Below, piece after piece: positions 1 through 10,417 of a stretch of DNA of 64,000 nucleotides. Source of the DNA: Gammaproteobacteria bacterium Ga0077536 (GTDB lineage: Bacteria; Pseudomonadota; Gammaproteobacteria; Ga0077536). The stretch lies in contig LNEL01000053.1 in the NCBI GenBank assembly GCA_001464935.1, forward strand, positions 8,897-72,896, written 5' to 3'. The position numbers and the translations under genes were made by a program. Every line of letters begins with the position of its first letter. Within the stretch, counting starts at the first letter, position 1. The notes beneath the pieces are model-generated. The model made no database searches and had not been told where the DNA came from. It saw nothing but the letters and a program-made list of their open reading frames with translations.

Positions 1-43
1 GCTCATCTGCGGCTTCGGTGTGGTCCGGCGCTCGCGCGCATGT

Positions 44-694
44 TCAGGAGCCCGTGCCGCGAATGATATCGACACCGGGAGGGGCGTCGAAGGTGAAGAT
101 CTCCGGGGAGATTTTCGGGTTGCGCTCGATGTCGGTGAAGTTGATGGCCGTGGTCTGCCCGAGATTGTCCTTCAGCCGCATGGCAACGACCTTGCCGTCG
201 CGCAGACCGAGCTCGATGTCATTGAACTGCTGGCCCGACGCTTTCGGCTTCAGTCGCAGCCAGTCGACGCCCTCTTTGGCCGGCAGTTCGGTCACGTCGA
301 AGCTCGCGTCGACATCGACTTCGTCGCCGAGCAGTCGGCCCGGCGAATCGGCGCTGCCGAGTTCGACCTCGTTGATCGTCACCTGCTCGAGGTCCGCATC
401 GAAAACCCACAGGGTCTTGCCATCGGACACGATGCGCTGGCGGTACGGGGTCTCGTAGGACCAGTTGAAACGGCCGGGTCGCAGGATGTCGACCTCGCCG
501 TTCGAAGTCTCGAGCGGCTCACCGTACTCATCGAACAGCTGTTGTTCGAAGCGCGCGTGAAACGCTTTCACTTCGGCCAGGAAACGATCGAGTTGCACGC
601 GCGCCGGTGACGCAGCCTGCGCAGCAGCAGCCATCACGCAGAGCACGAGCGCGCTCATCGCGCGCCCCATCGACCGGCCAGACATGATGCGCAT
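44..694 (-). CDS. lolA: outer-membrane lipoprotein carrier protein LolA
   Basis: This is the last 216 aa of ORF 44..1537. ATG at 692-694 is followed by a signal peptide (MSALVLCVMAAAAQAA) and a LolA-like body (DGKTLWVFDADLEQV...). The upstream part of that ORF is Arg-rich and lies antisense to ftsK. lolA sits downstream of ftsK, the usual synteny. Confidence 0.88.
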   Translation of the reverse strand: MRIMSGRSMGRAMSALVLCVMAAAAQAASPARVQLDRFLAEVKAFHARFEQQLFDEYGEPLETSNGEVDILRPGRFNWSYETPYRQRIVSDGKTLWVFDADLEQVTINEVELGSADSPGRLLGDEVDVDASFDVTELPAKEGVDWLRLKPKASGQQFNDIELGLRDGKVVAMRLKDNLGQTTAINFTDIERNPKISPEIFTFDAPPGVDIIRGTGS

Positions 695-702
695 CGGTAG
701 CC

Positions 703-3009
703 TCAATCCCGCGGCGGCGGCGGCGGCGCGAGCACTTCGCGCATGCCGTTCGACTGAAGTTCGCCCACGACGCCTGCGCGCTCCATGTCTTCCATGATCC
801 GGGCCGCCCGGTTGTAACCGATTTTGAGACGCCGCTGCACGCCGGAGATCGATGCACGCCGTGTTTCGGTGACGATGCGCACGGCCTGATCGTAGAGTTC
901 GTCGGTTTCGCTGCCCGCGTCTTCGCCATCGAAACCGGCGCCTTCGCATTCGGACGGCGCATTGATGATTTCGTCGATGTATTCGGGGGCGCCGAGCTTG
1001 CGCAGTTCCTCGACCACGCGATGCACTTCCTGATCCGACACGAAGGCGCCGTGCACACGCTGCGGCAGACCGGTACCGGGCGGCAGATAGAGCATGTCGC
1101 CGTGACCGAGCAGGTTCTCGGCCCCCATCTGGTCGAGAATCGTGCGCGAATCGACGCGCGAGGACACCTGGAACGCGATGCGGCTCGGAATGTTGGCCTT
1201 GATCAGGCCCGTGATGACATCCACCGAAGGCCGTTGCGTTGCCAGGATCAGATGGATGCCGGCGGCGCGCGCCTTCTGCGCGAGCCGCGCGATCAGTTCT
1301 TCGACCTTTTTGCCGACGGTCATCATCATGTCGGCGAGTTCGTCGACGATGACCACGATGTAGGGCAGCGCGACGAGCGACGGCGCACACTCGCCTTCGG
1401 TCTTGCGCTTGAACAGCGGATCGAGAATGGGCTGGCCGGCGTCGATCGCGTCGGTGACCTTGCGGTTGAAGCCACTGATGTTGCGTACGCCCATCGCCGC
1501 CATCAGGCGATAGCGGCGCTCCATTTCGCCGACGCACCAGCGCAAGGCGTTCGCCGCTTCCTTCATGTCGGTGACGACGGGCGCCAGCAGACCCGGAATG
1601 CCCTCGTAGACCGACAGTTCGAGCATCTTCGGATCGATCATGATCATGCGCACGTCGTTGGCGGTCGACTTGTACAGCAGGCTCAGGATCATCGCGTTCA
1701 GCGCGACGGACTTGCCGGCGCCGGTGGTGCCCGCCACGAGCAGATGCGGCATGCGCGCGAGATCGACCACCGCCGGCTTGCCGGCGATGTCCTTGCCGAG
1801 CGCGAGCGTGAGTCGGGATTCGCTTTCCTCGTACTCGCGCGATTTCAGGATTTCGGACAGGCTCACGACCTCGCGTCGTTCGTTCGGGATTTCGAGACCG
1901 ATCACGGATTTGCCGGGGATTACCTCCACCACTCGCACGCTGACCGTCGACAGCGAGCGCGCGAGATCTTTCGATAGTCCCGTGATTCTGCTTGCTTTGA
2001 CGCCCGGGGCGGGCATCAGTTCGAAGCGCGTGATGACCGGGCCGGGCAGGACGGCGGTGACCTGCGCCTCGATGCCGAAATCCTTCAGCTTCAGTTCAAC
2101 CTGGCGCGACATCGCTTCGAGAGCCTCGGCCGAGTAGCCGACGACCGCTGCGCGCGGTTCATCGAGCAGGTTCAGGTGCGGCAGGGCAGTGGCGCTGGAT
2201 TCGTCGAACAGGATCGACTGCCGCTCCTTCTCGACCCGGATGCTGGGTTCGATCTCAACGACCTTCGGCTCGATGCGCGGCGGCGGGCGCTGTTCCTGGC
2301 GCTCGACTTCCTGCTCGACAATCGCGGTGCGTTCCCGCCAATGCTGTTCGCGATCGACGCGTTCGCGCAAACCCGCTGCCCGCACGCTGGCCCAGCGCCA
2401 CAGGGCAATGGTCCACGCGCCGGTGCGGTCCATCGCGTTCAGCCAGGACATGCCGCTCAACAGCGTGAAGCCGGTCAGGAACAGCGCGAGCATCAGCAGC
2501 ACCCCGCCCAGTTCGCCGCACAGGGCGATGAGACTGCGGCCGAGCACGTCGCCGAGGATGCCGCCGGCCCGATGCGGGAGATCGGCAAACGCGCCGTGCG
2601 CGCGGACCCAGAGCATCGCGCAGCCCATGCCGAGCGTCAGCAGAAAGCCGGTGACCCGGATCGAGAGCCACGCGTAATCGGGGGCCTCGCCGGTCTGGCG
2701 GGCGTGGCGATAGAAACGATAGCCGCCGTAGACCACGGCCAACGGGCAGAAATAGGCAAAGCGGCCGCACAGGTACATCAGCACATCCGCGAGCCAGGCG
2801 CCGAAGACGCCCCCCTGGTTGTGGACGCGGCTGGCGTCCAGCCCCGTGTGGGACCAGCCCGGATCGGCCGGGTGATAGGTCCAGAGTGCAATCATGACGA
2901 ACAGGGCAACGCCGCCGGCGGCAATGAACACGCCTTCCTTCAGCCGTTGCCAGACATGCACCGAAACCTGGTCGGCGACGCTGGGTTGCCGCCGAATCGC
3001 TTGCGCCAT
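703..3009 (-). CDS. ftsK: DNA translocase FtsK
   Basis: 768 aa with N-terminal TM helices, a linker, and a motor domain carrying Walker A (GTTGAGKS). The C-terminal winged-helix gamma domain ([24 protein letters not shown]) is present. Confidence 0.95.
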   Translation of the reverse strand: MAQAIRRQPSVADQVSVHVWQRLKEGVFIAAGGVALFVMIALWTYHPADPGWSHTGLDASRVHNQGGVFGAWLADVLMYLCGRFAYFCPLAVVYGGYRFYRHARQTGEAPDYAWLSIRVTGFLLTLGMGCAMLWVRAHGAFADLPHRAGGILGDVLGRSLIALCGELGGVLLMLALFLTGFTLLSGMSWLNAMDRTGAWTIALWRWASVRAAGLRERVDREQHWRERTAIVEQEVERQEQRPPPRIEPKVVEIEPSIRVEKERQSILFDESSATALPHLNLLDEPRAAVVGYSAEALEAMSRQVELKLKDFGIEAQVTAVLPGPVITRFELMPAPGVKASRITGLSKDLARSLSTVSVRVVEVIPGKSVIGLEIPNERREVVSLSEILKSREYEESESRLTLALGKDIAGKPAVVDLARMPHLLVAGTTGAGKSVALNAMILSLLYKSTANDVRMIMIDPKMLELSVYEGIPGLLAPVVTDMKEAANALRWCVGEMERRYRLMAAMGVRNISGFNRKVTDAIDAGQPILDPLFKRKTEGECAPSLVALPYIVVIVDELADMMMTVGKKVEELIARLAQKARAAGIHLILATQRPSVDVITGLIKANIPSRIAFQVSSRVDSRTILDQMGAENLLGHGDMLYLPPGTGLPQRVHGAFVSDQEVHRVVEELRKLGAPEYIDEIINAPSECEGAGFDGEDAGSETDELYDQAVRIVTETRRASISGVQRRLKIGYNRAARIMEDMERAGVVGELQSNGMREVLAPPPPPRD

Positions 3010-3579
3010 GTTCTAATCCCAATCCTTCGAATGATCGATTAAACGTCTGTACGTGAAACGAATTTATATGATAACTCCAGCAGGATCTCATGACCATAAG
3101 CGATGCGCTGACAGTGCGCTGCTGCCGCGGCGACCGGTCGAACGGCGGGCGGGTCCGAAAAATCCTTTTAACCTGATGTTTTAAAAGAAAATTGAATTCG
3201 TGAAAGGAGCCCTGGCGCGCGTCGACACGCCGAGCCGGATCACGGCGGAAATCCTGACAGGAAATCGCTGAGATCGCGCCAAGCCTCTGCCCCGGCTCGA
3301 TCTTGTTCTCCAATCAAGACCGGTGTGCTCCACCATGCCAGTCCCCGGAGACACCGACGATGCGGTGCGGACGGGCGGCCGGAGTCGGCAGCCGTCGGTC
3401 GCCCGGCTCGGCGCGGCGAGTGAGCCGCGATGCGTCCGCTCGCGTAAGCCCATGCGACGCAGGTTCGGGCCCGCAGCGGAATCTGCTAACTTGCGTGAGG
3501 CCGCCCCGCGGCGATTCAGGCCGCGGCCACCTGCCCGGCACTCCGGCAACCGACAGACAGCGAACGGCACCACATCTCC

Positions 3580-3915
3580 ATGACACGCAAGAGCACCTAC
3601 CGCGTCACCTTTCACAATCAGGGCAAGGTCTACGAGATTTATGCCCGCAAAGTCGCCCAGGGCGGGCTGCTCGGGTTCGTGGAAATCGAAGACATCGTGT
3701 TCGGCGAGAAGACCACCGTCGTCGTCGACCCGAGCGAGGAGCACCTGAAGTCCGAATTCCAGGGCGTGCGGCGGACTTACATTCCGATGCACGCGGTGGT
3801 GCGCATCGACGAAGTCGAGAAGACGGGCCTGAGCAAGATCACCGATGCCGGCGGACGCGGCGACAAGGTCACGCCCTTCCCGGTGTTCACCGGCCACCCC
3901 GAACCGAAATCCTGA
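3580..3915 (+). CDS. DUF1820 family protein
   Basis: 111 aa. The motif YRVTFHNQGKVYEIYARKV...IPMHAVVRIDEV is typical of DUF1820 as I recall the family. Confidence 0.78.
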   Translation: MTRKSTYRVTFHNQGKVYEIYARKVAQGGLLGFVEIEDIVFGEKTTVVVDPSEEHLKSEFQGVRRTYIPMHAVVRIDEVEKTGLSKITDAGGRGDKVTPFPVFTGHPEPKS

Positions 3916-5066
3916 GCGCCGTCATTCCCCGCATCGAAGTCATTCCGGCGCTGGGCGAGGTCGCGGCGGCCGCGTGGAATGCGCTCGCCGGCGACGGCGA
4001 TCCGTTCCTGCGCCACGAATTCCTGCACGGCCTCGAGCGCACCCACTGCCTCGAGCACCACGGCTGGTATCCGCAACACCTGCTGGCCTGGGAAGGCACT
4101 CGTCTCGTTGGCGCGCTGCCGCTGTACCTGCGCGACAATTCGCAGGGTGAATTCGTGTTCGACTGGAACTGGGCCGAGGCCTATCAGCGCGCCGGCGGAC
4201 AGTACTATCCGAAGCTGGTGACCGCCGTGCCGTTCACCCCGGTATCCGGTCGCCGCCTGCTGATCGCGGACGACGAGGCAGCAGCCCCCGCGATTGCCGC
4301 AGCGCTCGTCAAGGGCGCCCAGGCGCTCGCCCAGCAGCTCGGCGCGTCGTCGTGGCATTGCCTGTTCCCGCCCGACAGCCAGCTTCCCCTGCTCGAAGGC
4401 GAGCACCTGTTGCTGCGCGAAGGTTGCCAGTATCACTGGTACAACCCGGGTTACGAGAGCTTCGAGGATTTCCTCGGCAGCCTGACCTCGAAACGCCGCA
4501 AGGAAATCCGCCGCGAACGGCGCGAGATTGCCGACAGCGGACTGCGCATCGAACTGCTGGAAGGCGCCGCGATCACGCCCGAACACTGGGCCGTGTTTCA
4601 CCGCTTTTACTGCGATACGTTCGCGCGCAAATGGGGCGAGCCGCGCCTGACGCTCGACTTCATGCGCAGTCTCAGCGTCGATATGCCCGAGGCACCACTG
4701 CTGCTGCTCGCCTACGACGGCAGCGACTGCATCGCCGGTGCATTCGCGCTGCGCGGCGGCGATACCGTGTACGGCCGCCATTGGGGGTGCACGCGCTTCG
4801 TACGCCACCTGCATTTCGAGATGTGCTACTACCAGTTCATCGATTACGCCATCCGCCATCGCCTGCGTCATTTCGATGCCGGCGCCCAGGGCGAGCACAA
4901 AGTGCCGCGCGGCTTCGTCCCGATCAGGACCTGGTCCGTGCACTGGCTGCGCGACGCGGGTTTTCGCCGCGCCGTGGCGGATTTCCTGCAGCGCGAGACG
5001 GTCGCCATCGATCGCTACGTCGAAGAAGTCGCCGCGCATACGGCCTATCGCGACGCGAACGAGTAA
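3912..5066 (+). CDS. GNAT/FemAB-like N-acetyltransferase family protein (DUF482)
   Basis: The conserved body starts at ...LSAVIPRIEVIPALGEVAAAAWNAL... and continues through FLHGLE, EFVFDWNWAEAY and KVPRGF. No ATG/GTG/TTG lies in frame near the conserved N-terminus. The start is placed provisionally at CTG 3912, which overlaps the DUF1820 stop. Confidence 0.72.
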   Translation: MSAVIPRIEVIPALGEVAAAAWNALAGDGDPFLRHEFLHGLERTHCLEHHGWYPQHLLAWEGTRLVGALPLYLRDNSQGEFVFDWNWAEAYQRAGGQYYPKLVTAVPFTPVSGRRLLIADDEAAAPAIAAALVKGAQALAQQLGASSWHCLFPPDSQLPLLEGEHLLLREGCQYHWYNPGYESFEDFLGSLTSKRRKEIRRERREIADSGLRIELLEGAAITPEHWAVFHRFYCDTFARKWGEPRLTLDFMRSLSVDMPEAPLLLLAYDGSDCIAGAFALRGGDTVYGRHWGCTRFVRHLHFEMCYYQFIDYAIRHRLRHFDAGAQGEHKVPRGFVPIRTWSVHWLRDAGFRRAVADFLQRETVAIDRYVEEVAAHTAYRDANE

Positions 5067-5078
5067 GCGCTGGCGCGC

Positions 5079-5801
5079 GTGTCGTCCCCGCACTTCTTCT
5101 GGATTGCCGCGAATCGCTACGGCGCGCAGTTGCCGCCGGTCGATCTCGCGCTCGACGAACCGAACGGGCTGCTGGCCGCCCATGGCGATCTCGCCCCGGC
5201 GACGCTGCTCGCAGCCTACCGGGCTGGTGTGTTCCCGTGGTATTCGGCCGGCCAGCCGATCCTCTGGTGGTCCCCCGATCCGCGCGAAGTGCTGGTGCCG
5301 GCCGCGTTCCACGTATCGCGGTCGCTTGCGCGCACCTTGCGTCGCGGCCACTTCCAGGTCACCGCCGATCGCGACTTCGACGCCGTGATGCGCGCCTGCG
5401 CCACCCCGCGCCACGCCGACGACGGGACCTGGATCACCGCCGAGATGATCGACGCCTACGGCGCGCTGCACCGGCTGGGCCACGCCCATTCGTTCGAATG
5501 CTGGCAGGACGGTCGGCTCGTGGGCGGCATGTACGGCGTCGCGATCGGGCGGGTGTTCTATGGCGAATCGATGTTCAGCCGGGTGACGGACGCCTCGAAG
5601 GTCGCGCTCGCCACGGCCTGCCGCTGGCTGGCCGGCTGGGGGTATGAGCTCTTCGACTGCCAGGTCGAGAGCGAACACCTGGCCAGCCTGGGGGCCCGGA
5701 CGATGCCGCGCGCCGAATTCGTGGTCGCCCTGTCTACCCTCTGCGGCCAGGAACCGGCAGAATCGGCGTGGCGCGAGTATGAGGAGCCAGCCGCGACATG
5801 A
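5079..5801 (+). CDS. aat: leucyl/phenylalanyl-tRNA--protein transferase
   Basis: 240 aa with a GTG start. Motifs GLLAAHGDLAPATLLAAYRAGVFPWY...PILWWSPDPR and GESMFS support the call. Confidence 0.9.
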   Translation: MSSPHFFWIAANRYGAQLPPVDLALDEPNGLLAAHGDLAPATLLAAYRAGVFPWYSAGQPILWWSPDPREVLVPAAFHVSRSLARTLRRGHFQVTADRDFDAVMRACATPRHADDGTWITAEMIDAYGALHRLGHAHSFECWQDGRLVGGMYGVAIGRVFYGESMFSRVTDASKVALATACRWLAGWGYELFDCQVESEHLASLGARTMPRAEFVVALSTLCGQEPAESAWREYEEPAAT

Positions 5802-6550
5802 AGCCGCCTGCCGGGACGTCACTGGGATTTTTCGTCACCCCGCCGCACAAGTGCGGCTATCTGCCGGGACGCAACGCGGTCACGATCTTCGTCGATCCGC
5901 GCCGTCGGCCCAACGTCGCGACCTACACCCTGCTGTCGCAGCATGGCTTCCGTCGCAGCGGCGACCATGTCTACCGGCCCCAGTGCCCGGACTGCAACGC
6001 GTGCATTCCGGTCCGCATCCCCGTCGACGAGTTCGAGCCCACACGAGCCCAACGCCGCACGCTGCGGCAGAACGCCGATGTGACGCTGATTCCGAAGGCG
6101 CCGACCTTCCAGCGGGAGCATTTCGCGCTGTACGAGCGCTATATCAATGCCCGCCACAGCGGTGGCAGCATGGAGAATCCGGACCGCGACAGCTACCTCG
6201 AATTCCTCACTTCGGGGTGGTCCGACAGCGTTTTCTACGAATTCCGCTGCGCCCGGCAACTGCTGGCCGTCGCCGTCGTCGACCACCTCCTGGACGGCCT
6301 GTCGGCGGTTTACACCTTCTACGACCCCGACCTGGTCCGGCGCAGCCTCGGCCGGCTCGCGATCCTGAAGCAGATCGAGCTCGCTCGAGCGCTGCAGCTG
6401 AAATGGCTTTACCTCGGCTACTGGATCGAGGAATGCCGCAAAATGACCTATAAGCGTGAGTATTCGCCGCTCGAACAGCTGCGCAGCGGGGTCTGGTCGC
6501 GGCTCGCCGACGTGGCCCCTGCGTCCGCTGCTTTACCCGACAAGCGTTGA
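5798..6550 (+). CDS. bpt: arginyl-tRNA--protein transferase / leucyltransferase Bpt
   Basis: 250 aa. Motifs CGYLPGR...GFRRSG...[15 protein letters not shown] and LGYWI support the call. It has an ATGA overlap with aat. Confidence 0.9.
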   Translation: MKPPAGTSLGFFVTPPHKCGYLPGRNAVTIFVDPRRRPNVATYTLLSQHGFRRSGDHVYRPQCPDCNACIPVRIPVDEFEPTRAQRRTLRQNADVTLIPKAPTFQREHFALYERYINARHSGGSMENPDRDSYLEFLTSGWSDSVFYEFRCARQLLAVAVVDHLLDGLSAVYTFYDPDLVRRSLGRLAILKQIELARALQLKWLYLGYWIEECRKMTYKREYSPLEQLRSGVWSRLADVAPASAALPDKR

Positions 6551-6602
6551 TCGGGCAGAATTGGCCGCCCCGCGCGGGGCCCCCACCGTCCACAGAGGCA
6601 GC

Positions 6603-6821
6603 ATGGCGAAAGAAGATCACATCGAGATCAAAGGCAAGGTCGTTGAGACCCTGCCGAATACGATGTTCAGGGTCGAACTCGAGAACGGGCATATCGTGAC
6701 CGCCCATATCTCAGGCAAGATGCGCAAGAACTACATCCGTATCCTCACTGGCGACAACGTACTCGTCGAACTGACGCCGTACGACCTCAGCAAGGGCCGC
6801 ATCACGTTCCGCGAACGTTGA
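6603..6821 (+). CDS. infA: translation initiation factor IF-1
   Basis: 72 aa: [51 protein letters not shown].... This is a near-canonical IF-1 sequence. Confidence 0.97.
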   Translation: MAKEDHIEIKGKVVETLPNTMFRVELENGHIVTAHISGKMRKNYIRILTGDNVLVELTPYDLSKGRITFRER

Positions 6822-6830
6822 CGGCGCCCC

Positions 6831-7310
6831 TCACGCGCCGGGCGGCAGCAGGCGCGTGAGCAGATGACGCACACCGAGCTGGATCAGCGACGCGGCCCGC
6901 GCATAGTCACGCGACCCGCGGCCGTACGGATCCGGCACTTCGATCACGCCCGCTTCATCAACCCCTGACAGCAGCAACAGCTGCTGCGCCGTCGCGTGCT
7001 TCGGCCGCAGGAAATTCAGGTGATCGAGGTGGCCCAGATCCAGCGCCACGAGCACGTCGTGCTCGAAGAAGTCTTCCTCTTCGAAGCGGCGCGAACGATG
7101 GGCTGACATGTCGAGTCCATAGGTGGTCGCGACTTCGATCAGGGGCGGTGGGCACACCTGGCCGTGGCGCGCATGGGTGCCCGCCGAGGACGTCAGCATG
7201 CGTCCCTGCAGGCCGCGCGACGCCACTTCCGACTCGAGCATCACGCTCGCCAGCGGCGAACGGCACAGGTTGCCGGTGCAGATGAACAGCACGCGTATCG
7301 GCTCAGCCAT
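6831..7310 (-). CDS. low-molecular-weight protein-tyrosine phosphatase
   Basis: 159 aa from ATG 7310. The P-loop VLFICTGNLCRSP (CX5R-S) and a DP motif (VPDPYG) are present. It overlaps kdsB by 8 nt. Confidence 0.88.
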   Translation of the reverse strand: MAEPIRVLFICTGNLCRSPLASVMLESEVASRGLQGRMLTSSAGTHARHGQVCPPPLIEVATTYGLDMSAHRSRRFEEEDFFEHDVLVALDLGHLDHLNFLRPKHATAQQLLLLSGVDEAGVIEVPDPYGRGSRDYARAASLIQLGVRHLLTRLLPPGA

Positions 7311-8067
7311 GCATGGCACCCGTTGCGTCGAGGGCACGCGCGCGGCACAGATCCTCGGGGGTATCGACCCCGACGCCGCACGGCGCCAGGGCATCGGGCA
7401 CTGCAATGCGCGCGCCGTGCACCAGCGCGCGCAGTTGCTCGAGTCGTTCGGTGAGTTCGAGTGCGGTCGGCGGCCATGCGACATAACGCCGCAGGAACGC
7501 CACGGTATAGGCATAGATGCCGACATGTCGGCGGTACAGCGGACCGGGCTGCCAGTCGTCGACGCCACCGTCGCGCAGATGCGGGATCGCGGCGCGACTG
7601 AAGTACAACGCGAGATCGTCGGCCGTACGCGCGAGCTTCACGACGTTCGGGTTCTCGTACTCGGCGCGGTCGCGCAGAGGCTCGCAGACGGTCGCGATGT
7701 CGGGCGCGTCCGGCCCCGCCAGCCGGGCCGCCACCTGGGCAATGACGGCTGCCGGCATGAACGGCTCATCCCCCTGCAGATTCACGATGACCTGCTCGTC
7801 AGCCTCGCCGCGCCAGGCGGCCGCGGCGGCGATGCGGTCCGTCCCCGACGCGAGCGCCGGATCGGTCATGCAGACCGTCGCGCCAAAGCCCGCCGCAACG
7901 CGTGCAATCCGCTCGTCGTCGGTCGCAATGACGACTTCCGCCGCCCCACTCTCGATCGCGCGCGCATGCACCAGCTCCAGCATCGTGCGCCCGCCGATCG
8001 TTTCGAGCACCTTGCCCGGCAACCGCGTCGACGCATAACGCGCCGGGATGTAGACCTTGAAGCTCAC
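7303..8067 (-). CDS. kdsB: 3-deoxy-manno-octulosonate cytidylyltransferase
   Basis: 254 aa with a GTG start. Motifs [15 protein letters not shown] and VNLQGDEP support the call. Confidence 0.92.
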   Translation of the reverse strand: MSFKVYIPARYASTRLPGKVLETIGGRTMLELVHARAIESGAAEVVIATDDERIARVAAGFGATVCMTDPALASGTDRIAAAAAWRGEADEQVIVNLQGDEPFMPAAVIAQVAARLAGPDAPDIATVCEPLRDRAEYENPNVVKLARTADDLALYFSRAAIPHLRDGGVDDWQPGPLYRRHVGIYAYTVAFLRRYVAWPPTALELTERLEQLRALVHGARIAVPDALAPCGVGVDTPEDLCRARALDATGAMHG

Positions 8068-8261
8068 TTCGCGAGCTGTTCGATTTCTTCGTCGGTCAGT
8101 TCGCGCGCCTCGTCTTCGAGCATGATCGGAATGTCATCGCGAATCGGATAGGCGAGCCGCGCGCTCTTCGAGATCAGCTCCTGTCGCGCCTTGTCGTAAA
8201 TCAGCGGCCCCTTCGTCACCGGGCACACCAGCAGGTCAAGCAGCCTCTTGTCCATTGTCAC
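8064..8261 (-). CDS. Trm112/YcaR family protein (UPF0434)
   Basis: 65 aa. Motif [14 protein letters not shown]...[17 protein letters not shown] supports the call. Confidence 0.85.
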   Translation of the reverse strand: MTMDKRLLDLLVCPVTKGPLIYDKARQELISKSARLAYPIRDDIPIMLEDEARELTDEEIEQLAK

Positions 8262-9267
8262 CTCGCATGAGCAGCTGTTGCAGGCGCTGCGCGAAAACTT
8301 CGGGTAGTTCAGCCGTCACCGGTACCGCCCAGCAGCGTGTGATGCCGAACTGCTCGCATTTGACGGCGTCCTTTTCGGTCATCAGGATCGGCAGATCGTC
8401 GTCGAAGCGCAGATCCTCCGCGCGAAAGCGATGATGGTCCGGGAACGGATGGGGAATCAGTTTCAGGCCCTTGTTCTTCAACATGGAGAAGAAGCGCTCA
8501 GGATTGCCGATGCCGGCGACCGCATGCACCTGTGTCGACTGCAAGTCGGAGAAGTCCAGCGCCTGCCGTCGGTCGACGACATTGATCGGGTTCACCGGCA
8601 CGTATTTCATCGAGAACTCGCCGCGACCGGCGATGCCGTTCGTCACGACGAAATCGACCTCGCGCAGCCGCGACGGCGGCTCGCGCAGCGGTCCGGCCGG
8701 CAGCAGGCGACCGTTGCCGAGCCGGCGCACGCCATCGACAACCGCAATCTCGATGTCGCGCGCGAGACCGTAGTGCTGCAGGCCGTCATCGCTGATCACG
8801 ACGTCGACCTTGTAGTGCTCGACCAGGGCCGCGACCGCCGCGCCGCGCGCGGGATCGACGGCCACCGGACACCGCGTGCGTCGGGCGATGACGATCGCCT
8901 CGTCGCCGACGACCGCCGGATCGGAATCCGGCCGGACCTGCTGCGGCCAGGTGCTGGCGCGTCCACCGTAGCCGCGCGCGACGATGCCCGGATTGAGTCC
9001 CAGCGACTTCAGGTAGCCGGCAAGCCAGATCACGAGTGGGGTCTTGCCGCTGCCGCCAACGGTCAGGTTGCCGACGACGATGACGGGGACGTCGGCGTGC
9101 GTGATGGTCAGCAGGCCCGAGGTGTACGCGCGCCGGCGTGCGGCCGTGACCCCGCGGAACAGCCAGCTGAACGGCACCAGGGCGAGGCTCGCCGGGTGCC
9201 GCCCGTACCACAGGCTTTCCAGCCAGTCGGCCCACCACACCGAGCGGGTTCGGACACGCGCATTCAA
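8236..9267 (-). CDS. lpxK: tetraacyldisaccharide 4'-kinase
   Basis: 343 aa with a TTG start. The P-loop [13 protein letters not shown] and ARGYGG are present. Confidence 0.9.
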   Translation of the reverse strand: MNARVRTRSVWWADWLESLWYGRHPASLALVPFSWLFRGVTAARRRAYTSGLLTITHADVPVIVVGNLTVGGSGKTPLVIWLAGYLKSLGLNPGIVARGYGGRASTWPQQVRPDSDPAVVGDEAIVIARRTRCPVAVDPARGAAVAALVEHYKVDVVISDDGLQHYGLARDIEIAVVDGVRRLGNGRLLPAGPLREPPSRLREVDFVVTNGIAGRGEFSMKYVPVNPINVVDRRQALDFSDLQSTQVHAVAGIGNPERFFSMLKNKGLKLIPHPFPDHHRFRAEDLRFDDDLPILMTEKDAVKCEQFGITRCWAVPVTAELPEVFAQRLQQLLMRGDNGQEAA

Positions 9268-9274
9268 CGCCTGC

Positions 9275-9694
9275 TCACTCGCTTTCGCGCACTTTCATCG
9301 GAAAGGTCACGCGCGTGAGGCCCGCCAGCCGCGCGGCATCCATCGCATCGACTGCCAACTGGAACGCCGTCGCGCGATCGGCATTGATGACGACCGTCGG
9401 ATCGTCATGCTTCGCTTTCGCGTCGGCGAGCGCCTGCCTGATCGTGTCGACCTTGCCGTTCACCAGCGCCTGTCCGTCGACGTACACCTGGCCACGCCGA
9501 TCGATCGTCACATCGATCGCGTCCGGCAGCCTGTCGGGTGTTTCGCGGCTCGCGGACGGCAATGTCAGATCGATCTTCGACTGATCGACGAAGCGGGTCG
9601 ACACCATGAAGAAGATCAGCAACAGCAGCACCACGTCGATCAACGACGTGACGTTGATGTCGATGTCCTCGGTGCGTCGGGCCTGGAATCTCAT
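9275..9694 (-). CDS. exbD: ExbD/TolR family biopolymer transport protein
   Basis: 139 aa. N-terminal motif INVTSLIDVVLLLLIFFMV supports the call. Confidence 0.85.
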   Translation of the reverse strand: MRFQARRTEDIDINVTSLIDVVLLLLIFFMVSTRFVDQSKIDLTLPSASRETPDRLPDAIDVTIDRRGQVYVDGQALVNGKVDTIRQALADAKAKHDDPTVVINADRATAFQLAVDAMDAARLAGLTRVTFPMKVRESE

Positions 9695-10380
9695 GCCGCC
9701 GGCTTCCCGCTCTGCGCTTCCTGTTCGCGCTCGCCCTGCAGCACCTCGACCAGCTTGATCGATTCCTGCTCCATCGTGATGACCAGGGCTTCGACGCGCC
9801 CGCGGAAATAGCGATAGAAGTACAGCGCCGGAATCGCGACCAGCAGGCCGGCCGCGGTGGTGATCAGTGCCTGCCCGATGCCACCGGCGAGTTCCGCCGG
9901 ATCGCCCGCCCCGGCATCCTTCAGCGCGCCGAACATCTGGATCATGCCGAACACGGTCCCGAGCAGGCCGAGCAGCGGGGACACCGCGGCAATCGTGCCG
10001 AGGGTGTTCAGATAGCGCTCGAGTTCGAACACGACGAGGCGCCCGGCCTCCTCGATGCTCTCGCGAATCACGTAGCGCTCATGGCGGCGATTGACGAGGC
10101 CGGCGGCGAGCACCTGGCCGAGCGGGGAGCCGGCACGCAGCGCGCTCAGCCGCTGTTCGTCGAGTTTGCCGCTGCGCAGCCACTGCCACACCTGGGCCAC
10201 GAGATTGTCCGGGGCGACGCGCTTGCGCTGCAGGGACCAGAAGCGCTCGACCACGATGGCCATGGCGATCACTGACGCGAGCAGGATGGGCCACATGACC
10301 CAACCGCCCGCCTTGATGAGTTCTAACACGGCCGTTCGTTGCTCCGTTGGGGACGACGCCGGTGGCGTCAGCGGGGCCAA
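9691..10380 (-). CDS. exbB: MotA/TolQ/ExbB proton-channel family protein
   Basis: 229 aa. Motifs LGTIAAVSPLLGLLGTVFGMI and ALITTAAGLLVAIPA support the call. It overlaps exbD by 4 nt. Confidence 0.85.
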   Translation of the reverse strand: MAPLTPPASSPTEQRTAVLELIKAGGWVMWPILLASVIAMAIVVERFWSLQRKRVAPDNLVAQVWQWLRSGKLDEQRLSALRAGSPLGQVLAAGLVNRRHERYVIRESIEEAGRLVVFELERYLNTLGTIAAVSPLLGLLGTVFGMIQMFGALKDAGAGDPAELAGGIGQALITTAAGLLVAIPALYFYRYFRGRVEALVITMEQESIKLVEVLQGEREQEAQSGKPAA

Positions 10381-10417
10381 ACGTTACCAAAGCGGGCATG
10401 GACAGGGAAGCGAAGCG

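Noticed and set aside
1-43. Possible start (CAT at 4-6) of the next minus-strand gene downstream of lolA
   Set aside because: Only two codons are visible and there is no convincing RBS, so it cannot be supported.
695-1537. N-terminal 281 aa of ORF 44..1537 (minus), which would make a 497-aa LolA
   Set aside because: It is extremely Arg/Gly/His-rich low-complexity sequence lying inside the ftsK coding region in another frame. The LolA-like sequence and signal peptide start at ATG 694.
3303-3911. About 200-aa N-terminal extension of the DUF482 ORF from ATG 3303 or 3360
   Set aside because: It is an Arg-rich non-protein-like sequence. It fully overlaps the well-formed DUF1820 gene in another frame and the preceding intergenic region.
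3777-5822. 681-aa minus-strand ORF
   Set aside because: It is antisense to the DUF482, aat and bpt genes, which have clear family motifs. Its composition (Ala/Arg/Gly) is typical of GC-rich antisense frames.
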